Shown here: positions 26,471 to 37,000 of the stretch, in pieces
Position numbering within the stretch: the first letter of the stretch is position 1
Layout of the letters: each line of letters opens with the position of its first letter
Source: Pseudonocardia sp.
GTDB lineage: Bacteria > Actinomycetota > Actinomycetes > Mycobacteriales > Pseudonocardiaceae
Direction: 5' to 3'
NCBI RefSeq assembly: GCF_050250275.1
Contig: NZ_JBFWOY010000020.1
Coordinates: 11,155 to 75,154 of the forward strand
DNA: 64,000 nt
Notes under the pieces: generated by a model
Told to the model about the DNA's origin: nothing
Databases searched by the model: none
Seen by the model: only the letters and a program-made list of their open reading frames with translations
Made by a program: the position numbers and the translations under genes

Positions 26471-27250
26471 TCACGGCGCACCCGGCGAGCCCGGCAGGAA
26501 CGCCGCCACGGTGACGCCGGCACCGTCGAGGGCGGCACGCACCGCCGCGGCCATCTCGACGGCCCCGGGGGAGTCGCCGTGCACGCAGACCGACTCGCCG
26601 CGGACGGTGACGTCGGCGCCCGACACGCTGCGCACCACGCCCTCGGAGACGATCCGCAGCACCCGGCGGGCCACCTCCTGCGGGTCGTGCAGCACCGCAC
26701 CCGGCTCGGAGCGCGGCACCAGGGCAGCGTCCGGGGTGTAGCCGCGGTCGGCGAACACCTCGGGGACGGCCCGCAGCCCGGCGGCGTCGGCCGCGCGCAG
26801 CAGGGCGGAGCCGGGGAGGCCGAGGATCGGCAGGCCGGGGTCGTAGTCGCGGACGGCGGCGACGATCGCGCCCGCCTGCCCCTCGTGGTGGACCGCGGTG
26901 TTGTAGAGGGCGCCGTGCGGTTTGACGTAGCGGACGCGGGTGCCGGCGACGCGGCACATGCCGTCGAGCGCGCCGAGCTGGTAGACGACGTCGTCGGCCA
27001 GCTCGGCCGGGGCGACGTCGACGAACCGGCGCCCGAACCCGGCGAGGTCGCGGTACCCGACCTGGGCGCCGACCACGACACCGTTGCGGGCGGCGGCGGC
27101 GGTGGTGGCGCGCAACGTCGACGGGTCCCCGGCGTGGAAGCCGCAGGCGACGTTGGCCGAGGTGACGAGGCCGAGCATCGCCTCGTCGTCGCCGAGCCGC
27201 CAGCGCCCGAAGGACTCGCCGACGTCGGAGTTGAGGTCGATGGCGGTCAT
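26471..27250 (-). CDS. pxpA: 5-oxoprolinase subunit A (LamB/YcsF family)
   Basis: [15 protein letters not shown]...[13 protein letters not shown]...VKPHGALYN is the diagnostic LamB/YcsF N-terminus. Confidence 0.92.
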   Translation of the reverse strand: MTAIDLNSDVGESFGRWRLGDDEAMLGLVTSANVACGFHAGDPSTLRATTAAAARNGVVVGAQVGYRDLAGFGRRFVDVAPAELADDVVYQLGALDGMCRVAGTRVRYVKPHGALYNTAVHHEGQAGAIVAAVRDYDPGLPILGLPGSALLRAADAAGLRAVPEVFADRGYTPDAALVPRSEPGAVLHDPQEVARRVLRIVSEGVVRSVSGADVTVRGESVCVHGDSPGAVEMAAAVRAALDGAGVTVAAFLPGSPGAP

Positions 27251-27305
27251 CTCCGGATCCTGGCCGACGACGCCCGCCCCCGCACCGCCGGGACCGCCCA
27301 CGGGC

Positions 27306-30095
27306 TCAGCCCGTGTTGCGCAGGCCCGCGGCGATGCCGTTGATCGTCAGCAGCAGCGCGCGGTGCAGGTCCGGGCCGGGCTCCTCGACCGACCGGCGCT
27401 GCGCCAGCAGCTGCACCTGCATGTGGTGCAACGGTTCCAGGTAGGTAGAGCGCACCGCCAGGGTGTTGCGCAACACGGGATGGCGGTGCAGCAGCGTGGT
27501 CGAGCCGATCCAGCGCAGCACCTCGCCGAGGGTGCGTTCGTGCTCGTCGCGGACGACGTCGAACAGGGGGCGGTGCTCGTCGGCGACGAGGACGTCGACG
27601 TAGCGCCCGGCGATGCGCATGTCGGTCTTGGCGAGCGTCATCTCGACGTTGCCGAGGAGGTTGGCGAAGAACGCCCAGCCGCGCATCTCGTCGAGAACGG
27701 GCCCGTACCCGGCGTCGCGGGCGGCGCGCAGACCGCTGCCCAGGCCGAACCAGCCCGGCACGACCATCCGGGTCTGCGTCCAGCCGAACACCCACGGGAT
27801 GGCGCGCAGGTCGTCGAGGCGCCGCCCGCCCTGCCCGGGCCGCTTCGACGGCCGGGACCCGACGTTGAGCCTGCCCAGCTCGTCGACGGGGGTGGCGGTC
27901 GTGAAGAACTCGGGCAGGCCCGGGGCCTCGACGAGGGCGCGGTAGGCGGCCTGGGCGGCGCCCGACACGCACTCCATGACCTCGTCCCAGCGGGTGTGCA
28001 CGTCGGCGGGCCAGCGTGCGGCCTGGTGCAGGAGCGTCGACTCGAGCATGGCGGCGAGCAGGATCTCGAGGTTGTCGTGGGCGAGCTCGGGCAGCGAGTA
28101 CTTGTCGGAGACGACCTCGCCCTGCTCGGTGAGCCGCAGCGCGGCGTCGACGGTGCCGAACGGGGAGGCGGCCACGGCCTCGCCGGCGGGTCCGCCGCCG
28201 CGCCCGACCGACCCACCGCGGCCGTGGAACAGCCGCAGCCGCACGCCGTGCGCGGCCGCGACGTCGCGCAGCCGGCGTTGGGCGCCGTGGATGCGCCACT
28301 GCGACGTCGTGATGCCGGCGCCCTTGTTGGAGTCGGAGTAGCCGAGCATGACCTCCTGCAGGTCGCCGCGCTGGGCGACGTGGCGGCGGTAGGCGGGGAC
28401 GGACAGCAGCGCGTCGAGCAGCTCGCCGGCGCGGGCCAGCTCCTCGACGGTCTCGAACAGCGGCACCACGTCGAGCGAGGACCGTCCGGCGCCGGGCGTC
28501 ACGTCGATCAGACCGGCCTCACGGGCCAGCACGGCGACGGCGAGGACGTCGTCGATGCCCTGGCACATCGAGATGACGTAGGTGTGGGCGGCGTCGGTGC
28601 CGTAGCGCTGCTGGGCCTCGCGCAGCATGTCGAAGGTCGCCATGACGCGGTCGGCCGGTTCGGGCAACGTCCCGCACCGCGGGGCGAGCGGGCGGCCGTC
28701 CGCGAGCTCGTCGGCGAGCAGCGCCGCCCGGGCGGGCCGGTCGAGCTCCGCGTAGGGGGAGCCGAGCCGGGCGTGGAGCGCGGCCAGGGCCTCGTGGTGG
28801 GCCGATGCGTGTTCGCGGACGTCGAGGGCGGCGAGGGACAGCCCGATCGCCTTGGCGGTGCGCAGCACGCGGGCGAGCCGGCCGGCGGCGATGCGCTCGC
28901 CCAGGTGGGCGCGCAACGAGCGGTCGATGACCTCCAGGTCGGCGACGTAGGCGGCGGTGTCGGCGTAGTCGCGACCGGGCACGTGCGGCCGGCCCTCGGC
29001 GATGCGTCGGGCGGTGTTGTCCAGCCGGGCCCGGATGAAGCTGGTCTTGAGCCGGTACGGCTCGAAGGCGTCGAGCCGGATGACGCGGTCGTGCACGTCG
29101 GGCATCGCCACGCGGTCGCGCTCCAGCGACGCGACGAGCTCGGCCGACACCGTGACGACCCGGGTCGAGACGCTCAGCTCGTGGACGAGCGAGTCGACCT
29201 GCGTGCCGTGGACGCGCAGCGCGCGGTCGGCGTAGAGGCGCATCACCTCCTCCGACACCTCGGGGGTGACGTTGGGGTTGCCGTCGCGGTCCCCGCCCAC
29301 CCAGGTGCCGAGCGCGATCGGGCGGGCGCCGGGCGGGACGGTGAAGCCGGCGGCGCGGGCCTGCGCCTCCAGCTCGGCGACCAGGTCGGGCACCGCCTTG
29401 CTGCCCAGCTGTTCGAGGTACCAGCCGATGGCGCGGGCCTCGTCGGCGACGGTGGGGGCGCCGGGCCGGATCTCGTCGGTCTGCCACAGGGCGTCGACCA
29501 TGGCGTGCAGCTCGTCGTCGTTCTCCCGGGCCCCGCCCGTGTCCTCGGCGAGCAGCTCGGCGATGCGCCGCAGGATGCGCAGCACCGACTGCCGCGACGA
29601 CTCGGTCGGGTGCGCGGTGAACACCGGCGCCAGCTCGGCGCGGGCCAGGACCTTCTCGACGGTGTCGTGGTCGGCCTCCTCGGCGAGCCGGCGCATGAGG
29701 GTGCGCAGGGGCCGGTCCTCGCGTGGGCGCAGGGTGCGCAGCTCGCGGGCCCGGTGCAGCTGCTCGGCGATGTTGGCCAGCTGGAAGTACTGGCAGAAGA
29801 CGCGCGCGAGGGTGACGGTCGTGGGTGCGTCGAGGCCCGAGAGCAGCCGGGCGATCTCGTCGTCGGTGGCGCCGCCGGTGGTGACCGCGGTGCGCGCGAG
29901 CGAGCGGACGGTCTCGGTGAGCGCCAGCAGATCCTCACCGGCCTGCTCGGCGACGGTACGGCCGAGCATCGTCGACAGCCTGCGGATGTCGGCGCGCAGC
30001 GCCTCGTGCTCGGCCTCCGACACGACACCGGCGACGGCCTGGGGCTCGCCGGGGGCGGCGTCGTCGACGAGGTCGACCGTGCTGTCGGCCGTCAT
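27306..30095 (-). CDS. ppc: phosphoenolpyruvate carboxylase
   Basis: 929 aa with [33 protein letters not shown] and the C-terminal [12 protein letters not shown], all hallmark PEPC motifs. Confidence 0.97.
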   Translation of the reverse strand: MTADSTVDLVDDAAPGEPQAVAGVVSEAEHEALRADIRRLSTMLGRTVAEQAGEDLLALTETVRSLARTAVTTGGATDDEIARLLSGLDAPTTVTLARVFCQYFQLANIAEQLHRARELRTLRPREDRPLRTLMRRLAEEADHDTVEKVLARAELAPVFTAHPTESSRQSVLRILRRIAELLAEDTGGARENDDELHAMVDALWQTDEIRPGAPTVADEARAIGWYLEQLGSKAVPDLVAELEAQARAAGFTVPPGARPIALGTWVGGDRDGNPNVTPEVSEEVMRLYADRALRVHGTQVDSLVHELSVSTRVVTVSAELVASLERDRVAMPDVHDRVIRLDAFEPYRLKTSFIRARLDNTARRIAEGRPHVPGRDYADTAAYVADLEVIDRSLRAHLGERIAAGRLARVLRTAKAIGLSLAALDVREHASAHHEALAALHARLGSPYAELDRPARAALLADELADGRPLAPRCGTLPEPADRVMATFDMLREAQQRYGTDAAHTYVISMCQGIDDVLAVAVLAREAGLIDVTPGAGRSSLDVVPLFETVEELARAGELLDALLSVPAYRRHVAQRGDLQEVMLGYSDSNKGAGITTSQWRIHGAQRRLRDVAAAHGVRLRLFHGRGGSVGRGGGPAGEAVAASPFGTVDAALRLTEQGEVVSDKYSLPELAHDNLEILLAAMLESTLLHQAARWPADVHTRWDEVMECVSGAAQAAYRALVEAPGLPEFFTTATPVDELGRLNVGSRPSKRPGQGGRRLDDLRAIPWVFGWTQTRMVVPGWFGLGSGLRAARDAGYGPVLDEMRGWAFFANLLGNVEMTLAKTDMRIAGRYVDVLVADEHRPLFDVVRDEHERTLGEVLRWIGSTTLLHRHPVLRNTLAVRSTYLEPLHHMQVQLLAQRRSVEEPGPDLHRALLLTINGIAAGLRNTG

Positions 30096-30214
30096 CGTGT
30101 TCTCCCTCGCGTGGTGGTTCGTTCGCGACGGCGGGAACGACAGGAGCGCACATCTTCCACCCGGGGAGGGGACGTACGCGACCGCGAAACGGAGGGTGTC
30201 GGGGGTGAACCCGG

Positions 30215-30532
30215 TCAGACGGTACCGACGGGCTGGCCGAGCGCCTCGGTGAGCAACCGGCGGACACGCTCGTCGGGCGCGGTGTAGTAGACGAACGTGC
30301 CCTCGCGACGACCCTCGACGAGCCCGGCGAGGCGGAGCTTGGCGAGGTGCTGGCTGACGGCGGCGGGCTGGGACCCGACGAGCTCGGCGAGGCAGGCCAC
30401 GTTGGTCTCACCCTGGAGCAGCGCCCACAGGATCTTGATCCGGGTGGGGTCGGCGAGCAGGCGCAACGAGTCCGCGGCCCGCCGGACGTCGTCCGGGTCG
30501 GGCATCTCGAAGCCTGCTATGCCGTCGTGCAC
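30215..30532 (-). CDS. ArsR/SmtB family transcriptional regulator
   Basis: LRLLADPTRIKILWALLQGETNVACLAELVGSQPAAVSQHLAKLRLAGLV. It has a single Cys and no ELCVCDL motif or alpha5 DxHx10H ligand set. Confidence 0.88.
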   Translation of the reverse strand: MHDGIAGFEMPDPDDVRRAADSLRLLADPTRIKILWALLQGETNVACLAELVGSQPAAVSQHLAKLRLAGLVEGRREGTFVYYTAPDERVRRLLTEALGQPVGTV

Positions 30533-30630
30533 GCCGCGAGTCTACCGGCTGTTGGTCATCTGACGAGCCGTTCGGGTGTGAACATCACCGGGCCCGGCCC
30601 CGCCCGGCCGGCGGTCGCCGGACCGGGCGG

Positions 30631-32370
30631 TCACCGACCGCTCGACCAGGCCGCCCACAGCGCGGCGTACCGCCCGCCCGCGGCCAGTAACTCCGCATGG
30701 CTGCCGAGCTCGACGACCTTGCCGCCGTCGAGGAGCAGCACGGCGTCGGCGTCGGCCGCCTGGGTGAGCCGGTGGGCTACCACGAGCGCGGTTCGTCCGC
30801 CCAGCGCCCGCTGCGCCGCGGACTCCAGGACGCGTGCGCCGGCGCTGCCCGCCTCGGCGGTGGCCTCGTCGAGGATCGCGACCGGTGGATCGGCCAGGAC
30901 GAGCCGGGCGAGAGCCAGCTGCTGGGCCTGCACGGCGGTCAACGCCGAGCCGCCCGCGCCCACCACGGTCTGCACGCCGTCGGGGAGGGCGTCGACCCAG
31001 TCGAGCGCACCGACCCGGTCCAGAGCCGCCCGCAGCTGCGCGGCACCCGCGTCCGGGTCGGCCAGGCGCAGGTCGTCGGCCAGCGGGCCGGCGAACACGT
31101 GCACCTCCTGGGTGACCAGCGCGACGGCCCCGCGGAGCGCGCCGTCGGGCGGTGGCGGGTCCAGCCGGAGCGTGCCACGGTCGGGCTGGTGCACCCCGGC
31201 GACCAGCTTGGCCAGCGTCGTCTTGCCCGCACCGCTGGCGCCGACGACGGCGAGCCGGGCGCCGGCGGCGATGTCCACGTCGACACCGGTGAGCACGTCC
31301 GGCCCGTCGCGATAGCCGAAGGCCACCGCCTCGACCTGGACGCGGGCCGGTGCCGCACCGCGCACCGGCGCCGGATGATCCTGCTCCGGCAGGTCGGCGG
31401 TCCCGACGATGCGCGCCAGACCGGCGGCCGCGGCCTGCACGGTCTGCAGCAGGAACAGCACCTCGTTCAGCGGTCCGAACAGGCCGATGAAGTAGAGCGC
31501 GGCGGCGCTGGCCGTCCCGATCGACACCGTCCCGGAGCGGACCAGCAGGAACCCGACGACCAGCACGAGGGCGAGGCCGACGAACTCGGCCAGGTTGAGC
31601 CGCCCGAAGAACCCGTTCTGCAGGCGGACCACCCGCAGCGCGAGGTCGACGACCCGCTGCGAGCGCTGCCGGACCAGCTCGGTGTGCCGCCCGGCGAGCC
31701 GGAACGCCCGCACCGTCGCCACGCCGACCGTGCTGTCCAGCAGCTGCTGCTGCTGGGCACCGCCCGCGATGCGCTGCTCGGCGTAGAGGGGGGTGGCGCG
31801 ACGCAGGTACCACCGGGCGGTGAGCGCCTGGATCGGCACCGCGGCCAGCGCGGCCAGCAGGAACCGCCAGTCCAGGACGGCCAGCCCGACGAACGTCAGT
31901 ACGATGATCAGCCCGTAGCGGGCCAACGCCGGTACGCCCTCGCGGACCGCCTCGCCGACCTGGGCGACGTCCTCGGTCACCCGGGACCCGAGGTCGCCCG
32001 CGCCGGCCGCCTCGATCCGCTCCAGCGGCAGCCCGAGTGCGCGGTCGACGAGCCGTTCCCGCAGCCGGGCCAGCACGACCTCGCCGACCTGTGCGGTCTG
32101 GGCCACCCCGAGCGCGGCGAGCAGGCCCTGCACGACGGCGACACCGACCAGCCCGACGGCCGGCCAGGTCACCGCATCGGGCCCGCCGCCGTCGACGACC
32201 AGGTCGATGATGCGACCGAGCAGTGGCGCGACCAGCAGGCCTGCGGCGGCGCCGCCGGCCAGGGCCGTCACCGCGAGGACGGCGCGGGTCCGGTGCGGGC
32301 GCAGCAGCTCGCCCAGCATCCGACGGGTGCGGGTCGGGGTGGCGACCGGCAGCAGTTCGCGGTCGGTCAC
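30631..32370 (-). CDS. ABC half-transporter (exporter fold), catalytically competent NBD with degenerate signature motif
   Basis: 579 aa from GTG 32370 (GTGA overlap with the upstream gene). Walker A is GASGAGKTT, the Q-loop is VTQE, Walker B is ILDEAT and the H-loop is VAHRL. The signature position reads LTAVQ instead of LSGGQ. Confidence 0.9.
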   Translation of the reverse strand: MTDRELLPVATPTRTRRMLGELLRPHRTRAVLAVTALAGGAAAGLLVAPLLGRIIDLVVDGGGPDAVTWPAVGLVGVAVVQGLLAALGVAQTAQVGEVVLARLRERLVDRALGLPLERIEAAGAGDLGSRVTEDVAQVGEAVREGVPALARYGLIIVLTFVGLAVLDWRFLLAALAAVPIQALTARWYLRRATPLYAEQRIAGGAQQQQLLDSTVGVATVRAFRLAGRHTELVRQRSQRVVDLALRVVRLQNGFFGRLNLAEFVGLALVLVVGFLLVRSGTVSIGTASAAALYFIGLFGPLNEVLFLLQTVQAAAAGLARIVGTADLPEQDHPAPVRGAAPARVQVEAVAFGYRDGPDVLTGVDVDIAAGARLAVVGASGAGKTTLAKLVAGVHQPDRGTLRLDPPPPDGALRGAVALVTQEVHVFAGPLADDLRLADPDAGAAQLRAALDRVGALDWVDALPDGVQTVVGAGGSALTAVQAQQLALARLVLADPPVAILDEATAEAGSAGARVLESAAQRALGGRTALVVAHRLTQAADADAVLLLDGGKVVELGSHAELLAAGGRYAALWAAWSSGR

Positions 32371-34055
32371 CCCAGCACCACGTCTCGGTAGCGGGCCCGG
32401 TCGGCCAGGAGCCGGTCGTGGCGGTCGAGCGCGGTGACGCGGCCGCCGTCCACGAGGGCCACCCGGTCGGCGACGGCCAGCAGAGCGGGGCTGCTGGTCA
32501 CCACCACGGTGGTCCGGCCGTGGCGCAGGGTGCGCAGTCCGGTGGCGATCTCGGCCTCGGTGACCGAGTCCACCGCTGTGGTCGGGTCGTGCAGCACCAG
32601 CACGGGTGGGTCCGCGGCGAGCGCCCGGGCGAGCGCCACCCGTTGGCGTTGCCCACCGGAGAGCGTCCGTCCACGTTCGGCGACGACGGTGTCGGCCCCG
32701 TCCGCGAGCGCGTCGACCACCTGGTCGGCCCGCGCGGCGGCCAGCGCCGGGGTGAGGTCGCGTTCGGCGGGGGCGGCGGCGCCGACGTTGGCGCGCACCG
32801 TGTCCGCGAACAGCTCCGCGTCGTGGGCCGCGACCAGCACCGCCTCGCGGGCGGACTCGGGTGCGTAGTCGGCCAGCGGTACCCCGTCGAGCCGTACCGA
32901 CCCGTGTTCGGGGTCCGCCTCGCGGGCGAGACAGCTCAGCAGGGCCAGTGCGTCGGCCGGGTCGGCTGCGACGATCCCGAGGAGCTCGCCCGCCCGGACG
33001 TCGAGGTCGAGCCCGGTCAGCGAGCCGTGGCGCAGGTCGGCCACGTGCAGGGCACCGTCGACCCGGGTGGGCGGCGGGGCGCTCCCGGCGCCGACCGCCG
33101 CCGGTGCGCCGAGCAGCTCGGCGATCCGCCGTGCCGACGCCCTGGCCTGCGCGAACCGTTCGTTGACCCAGCCCAGCTCCTGCAGCGGGTCGACGAGGAA
33201 CTGGGCCAGCCCGACGGCGGCCACGAGCTGCCCGGTGCTGATCTGGTCCGCGGCCGCCAGCCGGCCACCGACCAGCGCGATCACGGCGAGGAACGTGCCG
33301 TTGACGATGAGCACGGTCCCGGAGAACCAGGCCTGGCTGCGGGTGGCCCGCAGGGTGGCCGCCAGCGAGTCGGCGCTGGTCCGGGCGTAGCGGCGGACCG
33401 CGGCGGGCTCTGCCCGCAGGCCTTTGAGCACCCGGATGCCCGCGACCAGGTCGGTGGCGGTGCCCGCGGCCTGCGCGGCCCGTTCCTGCTCGGCCTCGCT
33501 GCGCCGCTCGATGGGCCGGCCGAACAGGTGGATCAGGTAGAGCACCGGTGGCGTGCCCAGCAGGATGAGCAGCCCGAGCGGCACCGAGATCCGCAGCAGT
33601 GCCACCGCGGCGACCAGCAGCGCGGCGAGGGCCGCCAGCCCGAGCGGCAGCCCGAAGTTGATCAGACCGACGCGTTTGGTGTCGGAGGTGGCGATCGAGA
33701 CGAGCTCGCCCGGCAGGCGGCCCCTCTCGGCGCCGCCGGCCGGGGCGAGCAGGCGGCGGGCGATGAGCAGCCGCAGACGCTGGTCGGCGCACACGTCCGC
33801 GATCCAGGCCTGCCGGGCGCCGAGCCGGTAGCAGACGGACAGGAAGGCGAAGTCCAGGCCGAGCACGGCCAGCCAACCGAGCAACGCCGCCGGGTCCCCG
33901 GTCCGCAGGGCGGTGTCGATCACCACCCCGACCAGCACCGGGACCAGCACCTCGCCGATCTGGTGGCCGCCGAAGCAGAGGGTGGCGAGCCCGACCCGGC
34001 CCCGGAAGGCGCCGATCGACCCGGTCAGGACCGACCGGCCGGAGGACGCGGTCAT
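32367..34055 (-). CDS. ABC half-transporter (exporter fold) with degenerate Walker A, Walker B and H-loop but canonical LSGGQ
   Basis: 562 aa from ATG 34055 (ATGA overlap with the NRPS stop). The Walker A position reads [15 protein letters not shown] with no GK[ST]. The signature is LSGGQRQR, the Walker B position is VLVLHDPT, and the H-loop position is VVTSSP. Confidence 0.9.
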   Translation of the reverse strand: MTASSGRSVLTGSIGAFRGRVGLATLCFGGHQIGEVLVPVLVGVVIDTALRTGDPAALLGWLAVLGLDFAFLSVCYRLGARQAWIADVCADQRLRLLIARRLLAPAGGAERGRLPGELVSIATSDTKRVGLINFGLPLGLAALAALLVAAVALLRISVPLGLLILLGTPPVLYLIHLFGRPIERRSEAEQERAAQAAGTATDLVAGIRVLKGLRAEPAAVRRYARTSADSLAATLRATRSQAWFSGTVLIVNGTFLAVIALVGGRLAAADQISTGQLVAAVGLAQFLVDPLQELGWVNERFAQARASARRIAELLGAPAAVGAGSAPPPTRVDGALHVADLRHGSLTGLDLDVRAGELLGIVAADPADALALLSCLAREADPEHGSVRLDGVPLADYAPESAREAVLVAAHDAELFADTVRANVGAAAPAERDLTPALAAARADQVVDALADGADTVVAERGRTLSGGQRQRVALARALAADPPVLVLHDPTTAVDSVTEAEIATGLRTLRHGRTTVVVTSSPALLAVADRVALVDGGRVTALDRHDRLLADRARYRDVVLG

Positions 34056-37000
34056 GTGAGGCCACCTTCCGTGCGGTCGTCCTGTCCGGGGCTGCCCGGT
34101 CCGGCGACCGCGCGGACGATGCCGCGCAACGCCTCGAACCACAGCTCGGCCAGGCTCGGCACCTCACCGGCGGCGAAGACCGCCGCCGGCCATTCCCAGG
34201 AAGCGTGCAGCTCGGGCCGCCCGTCGACGTCGACCGCGAGCACGTCGAGCACCAGCGGATGCCCGGCCGGCATGGCGTCGTCCCGACCGCCCGTCAGCGG
34301 GTCCAGCCCCGCCGGCGTCTGCCAGTCGCCCCCGTCCCCGGCGCCCTCCGCGTAGCGCCCGAGGTAGTTGAACTGCAGCTCGGGCTCGGCTGCGCCGGCG
34401 AGCTGGGGGCCGGCCTGGGGGTCGAGGTGGCGCAGCACGCCGTAGCCCAGCCCGCCGTCGGCGACGGCGCAGAGCTGCTCGCCGACCCCACCGACGATCC
34501 GGCGCACCTCGTGGGGGTCGGCGGCCAGCACGGCGGACCACGCGGTGGGCCCGACCGGCAGGTACACCGGGAAGGCCGTGGTGAACCAGCCGACGGTCCG
34601 GGTGAGGTCGACGTCTCCGACGTGCTCCTCCCGGCCGTGCCCCTCCAGGGCGACCAGCGTGCCGTCGCCGGGGAGGCGCCCGGTGCGGCGGCGCCACTCG
34701 GCGGCGGCGACCGCCAACGCGGCGAGCAGGACGTCGTTGACCGTGGCACGCAGGAGGGCCGGGACGGACGACAGCAGTGGTGTCGTCCAGTCGGCCGGCA
34801 GCACCAGGGAGTGCTCCCGGATGGTCGTGGCGGTGTCGCGACCCGGGTCGAGGGGGGTGCGGGCGAACCGGCCGGCCGCCGCCTGCGCGGTGGCCCGCCA
34901 GTGCGGCAGCTCCCCGGCCCGGGCACCGGTGCGTCCGGCGTCGGCCAGCCCGCGGGCCCAGGTGCGGAACGACGTCCCGACGTCGGGCAGGGCGATCGGC
35001 TCGCCCGCGCGGTGGCGGGCCCACGCCTCGGCGAGGTCCTCGGTGAGGATCCGCCACGACACCCCGTCGACGACCAGGTGGTGCGCGACGAGCAGCAGGA
35101 TCCCCGGGGCGGCCGGTCCGGCGTCGAGCAGCACCGCCTGCGCCATGACCCCGCGGTCGGGGTCGAGGCGGGCGGCGGCCTGCAGCCGCTGCTCCTCGAC
35201 GACGGTCCCGACGTCGGTGCCGGCCGGCAGGTCGGCCACCGACAGCAGGTCGCCGGCCCGGACGGTGCCCGGCTCGGGGACCTCCAGCTCCCAGCGTGCC
35301 GTCTCGCGGTGCAGCCGGGCGCGCAGCAGGTCGTGGTGGTCGAGCAGGGCCTGCAGGACGGGCAGGAGCGCCGGGGCGTCCACCCCGGCCGGGGTCTGCA
35401 GGGTCACCGCCTGGTGGAAGGCGCCGATCGAGCCGCCCGCCGCCGCGGTCGACCCGGCGAGCCATCCCATGATCGGGGTGGCGGGCAACCGGCCCGTCCC
35501 GGCGCCGTCCACGTCCACCCGAGCCGCGGTCGCCGGACCGGAACCCAGCGCGGCCAGGGCCTCGACGGTGCGTGCCGTGCGCACGTCCCGCGGCCGCAGC
35601 ACCAACCCGTGCCGGCGGGCCTGCGACACCAGCGCGATCGAGCTGATGCTGTCGCCGCCGAGTGCGAAGAAGTCGTCGTCGATGCCGACGTCCGGCACCC
35701 CGAGCAGCCGCCCGATCAGGTTGCACAGGCTCCGCTCGGCCTCGGAGCGCGGCGCGCGGTGCTCCCGCGTCCCGGTGAGCTCCGGAGCCGGCAACGCTGC
35801 GGCGTCGAGCTTGCCGTTGACGGTCAGCGGCAGCTCGTCCAGCACGTCGAGGGTGGTGGGGACCATGTGTGGCGGTAGCTGCTCGGCGAGGTGCGTGCGC
35901 ACCGCGGCGACCAGCGCCGCCGGGTCGGCGGGCCCGGCCGCGACCAGGTAGCCGGCCAGGTGGGCGATCCGGGCCTCCCCCCGCCGGTGCACCGTCACCG
36001 CCGCCTGGGCCACCCCGGGGTGGCGTTCCAGGGTGGCGACGATCTCGCCCGGCTCCACCCGGTAGCCCCGGATCTTGACCTGGTCGTCGGTGCGGCCGAG
36101 GAAGTCGATGTTCCCGTCGGCCCGCGCGACGACGAGGTCGCCGGTGCGGTACATGCGCCCGCCCGCGGCGGCGCCGTACGGGTCGGCGACGAACCGCTCC
36201 GCCGTCGGCCCCGGGCGGTCGTGGTAGCCGCGCGCCAACCCGGCGCCGGCGATGTAGAGCTCACCGGGCGTACCGGGCGGGACGGGGCGCAGCGCGCTGT
36301 CGAGGATGTAGGCGCGGGTGTTGGTGACCGGTGTGCCGACCGTCGGTGTCACGCTGTCCTCGGTGCCGCCACCCAGGGTGTTGATCGTGTACTCGGTGGG
36401 GCCGTAGAGGTTGTAGCCGACCACCCCCTCCGCGGCGGCCAGCTGCGTCCACACCGACTCGGTGACCGCCTCCCCGCCGAGCAGGACCAGCGGCGGTCGG
36501 TGCGGGCCGTCGAGCAGGCCGCTGTCGAGCAGTGTCCGCGCGTAGGTGGGCGTCACGTTGACGACGTCGATGCGCTGCTCGGCGCAGTAGGCGACGAGCT
36601 GCTGGGCGTCGCGGCGCAGCTCCTCGTCGCACACGTGCACCTCGTGGCCCTCGACGAGCCAGAGCAGCTCCTCCCACGACATGTCGAAGGAGAACGACAC
36701 GGTGTGCGCGATCCGCAGCCGGCGGCCCCCGGCCCGGTCCAGGGTCGGGCCGAAGATCTTCGCCTGGTGGTTCACCAGCATGTTCGTCAGCCCCCGGTAC
36801 GGGGTGAGCACGCCCTTGGGGAGCCCCGTGGAGCCGGAGGTGTAGATCAGGTACGCGGGGTGCTCCAGCCGCCCCGGCGTACCGGGCGCGAACGGGCCGA
36901 GCTCGGCGGGGGTGAGCGCGGCCGGTGACTGCCGCGCGAGCTCCGCGGCGGTCTCCCCGCCGTGCAGCCCCACCACCGGTGCGCCCACCTCGGCGGGCAG

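Noticed and set aside
34055-35500. Search for a thioesterase, reductase or terminal condensation domain at the NRPS C-terminus
   Set aside because: No GxSxG/GWSxG or Rossmann motif is present. The region carries the complete epimerization-domain motif set instead, so I call it E rather than TE, R or CT.
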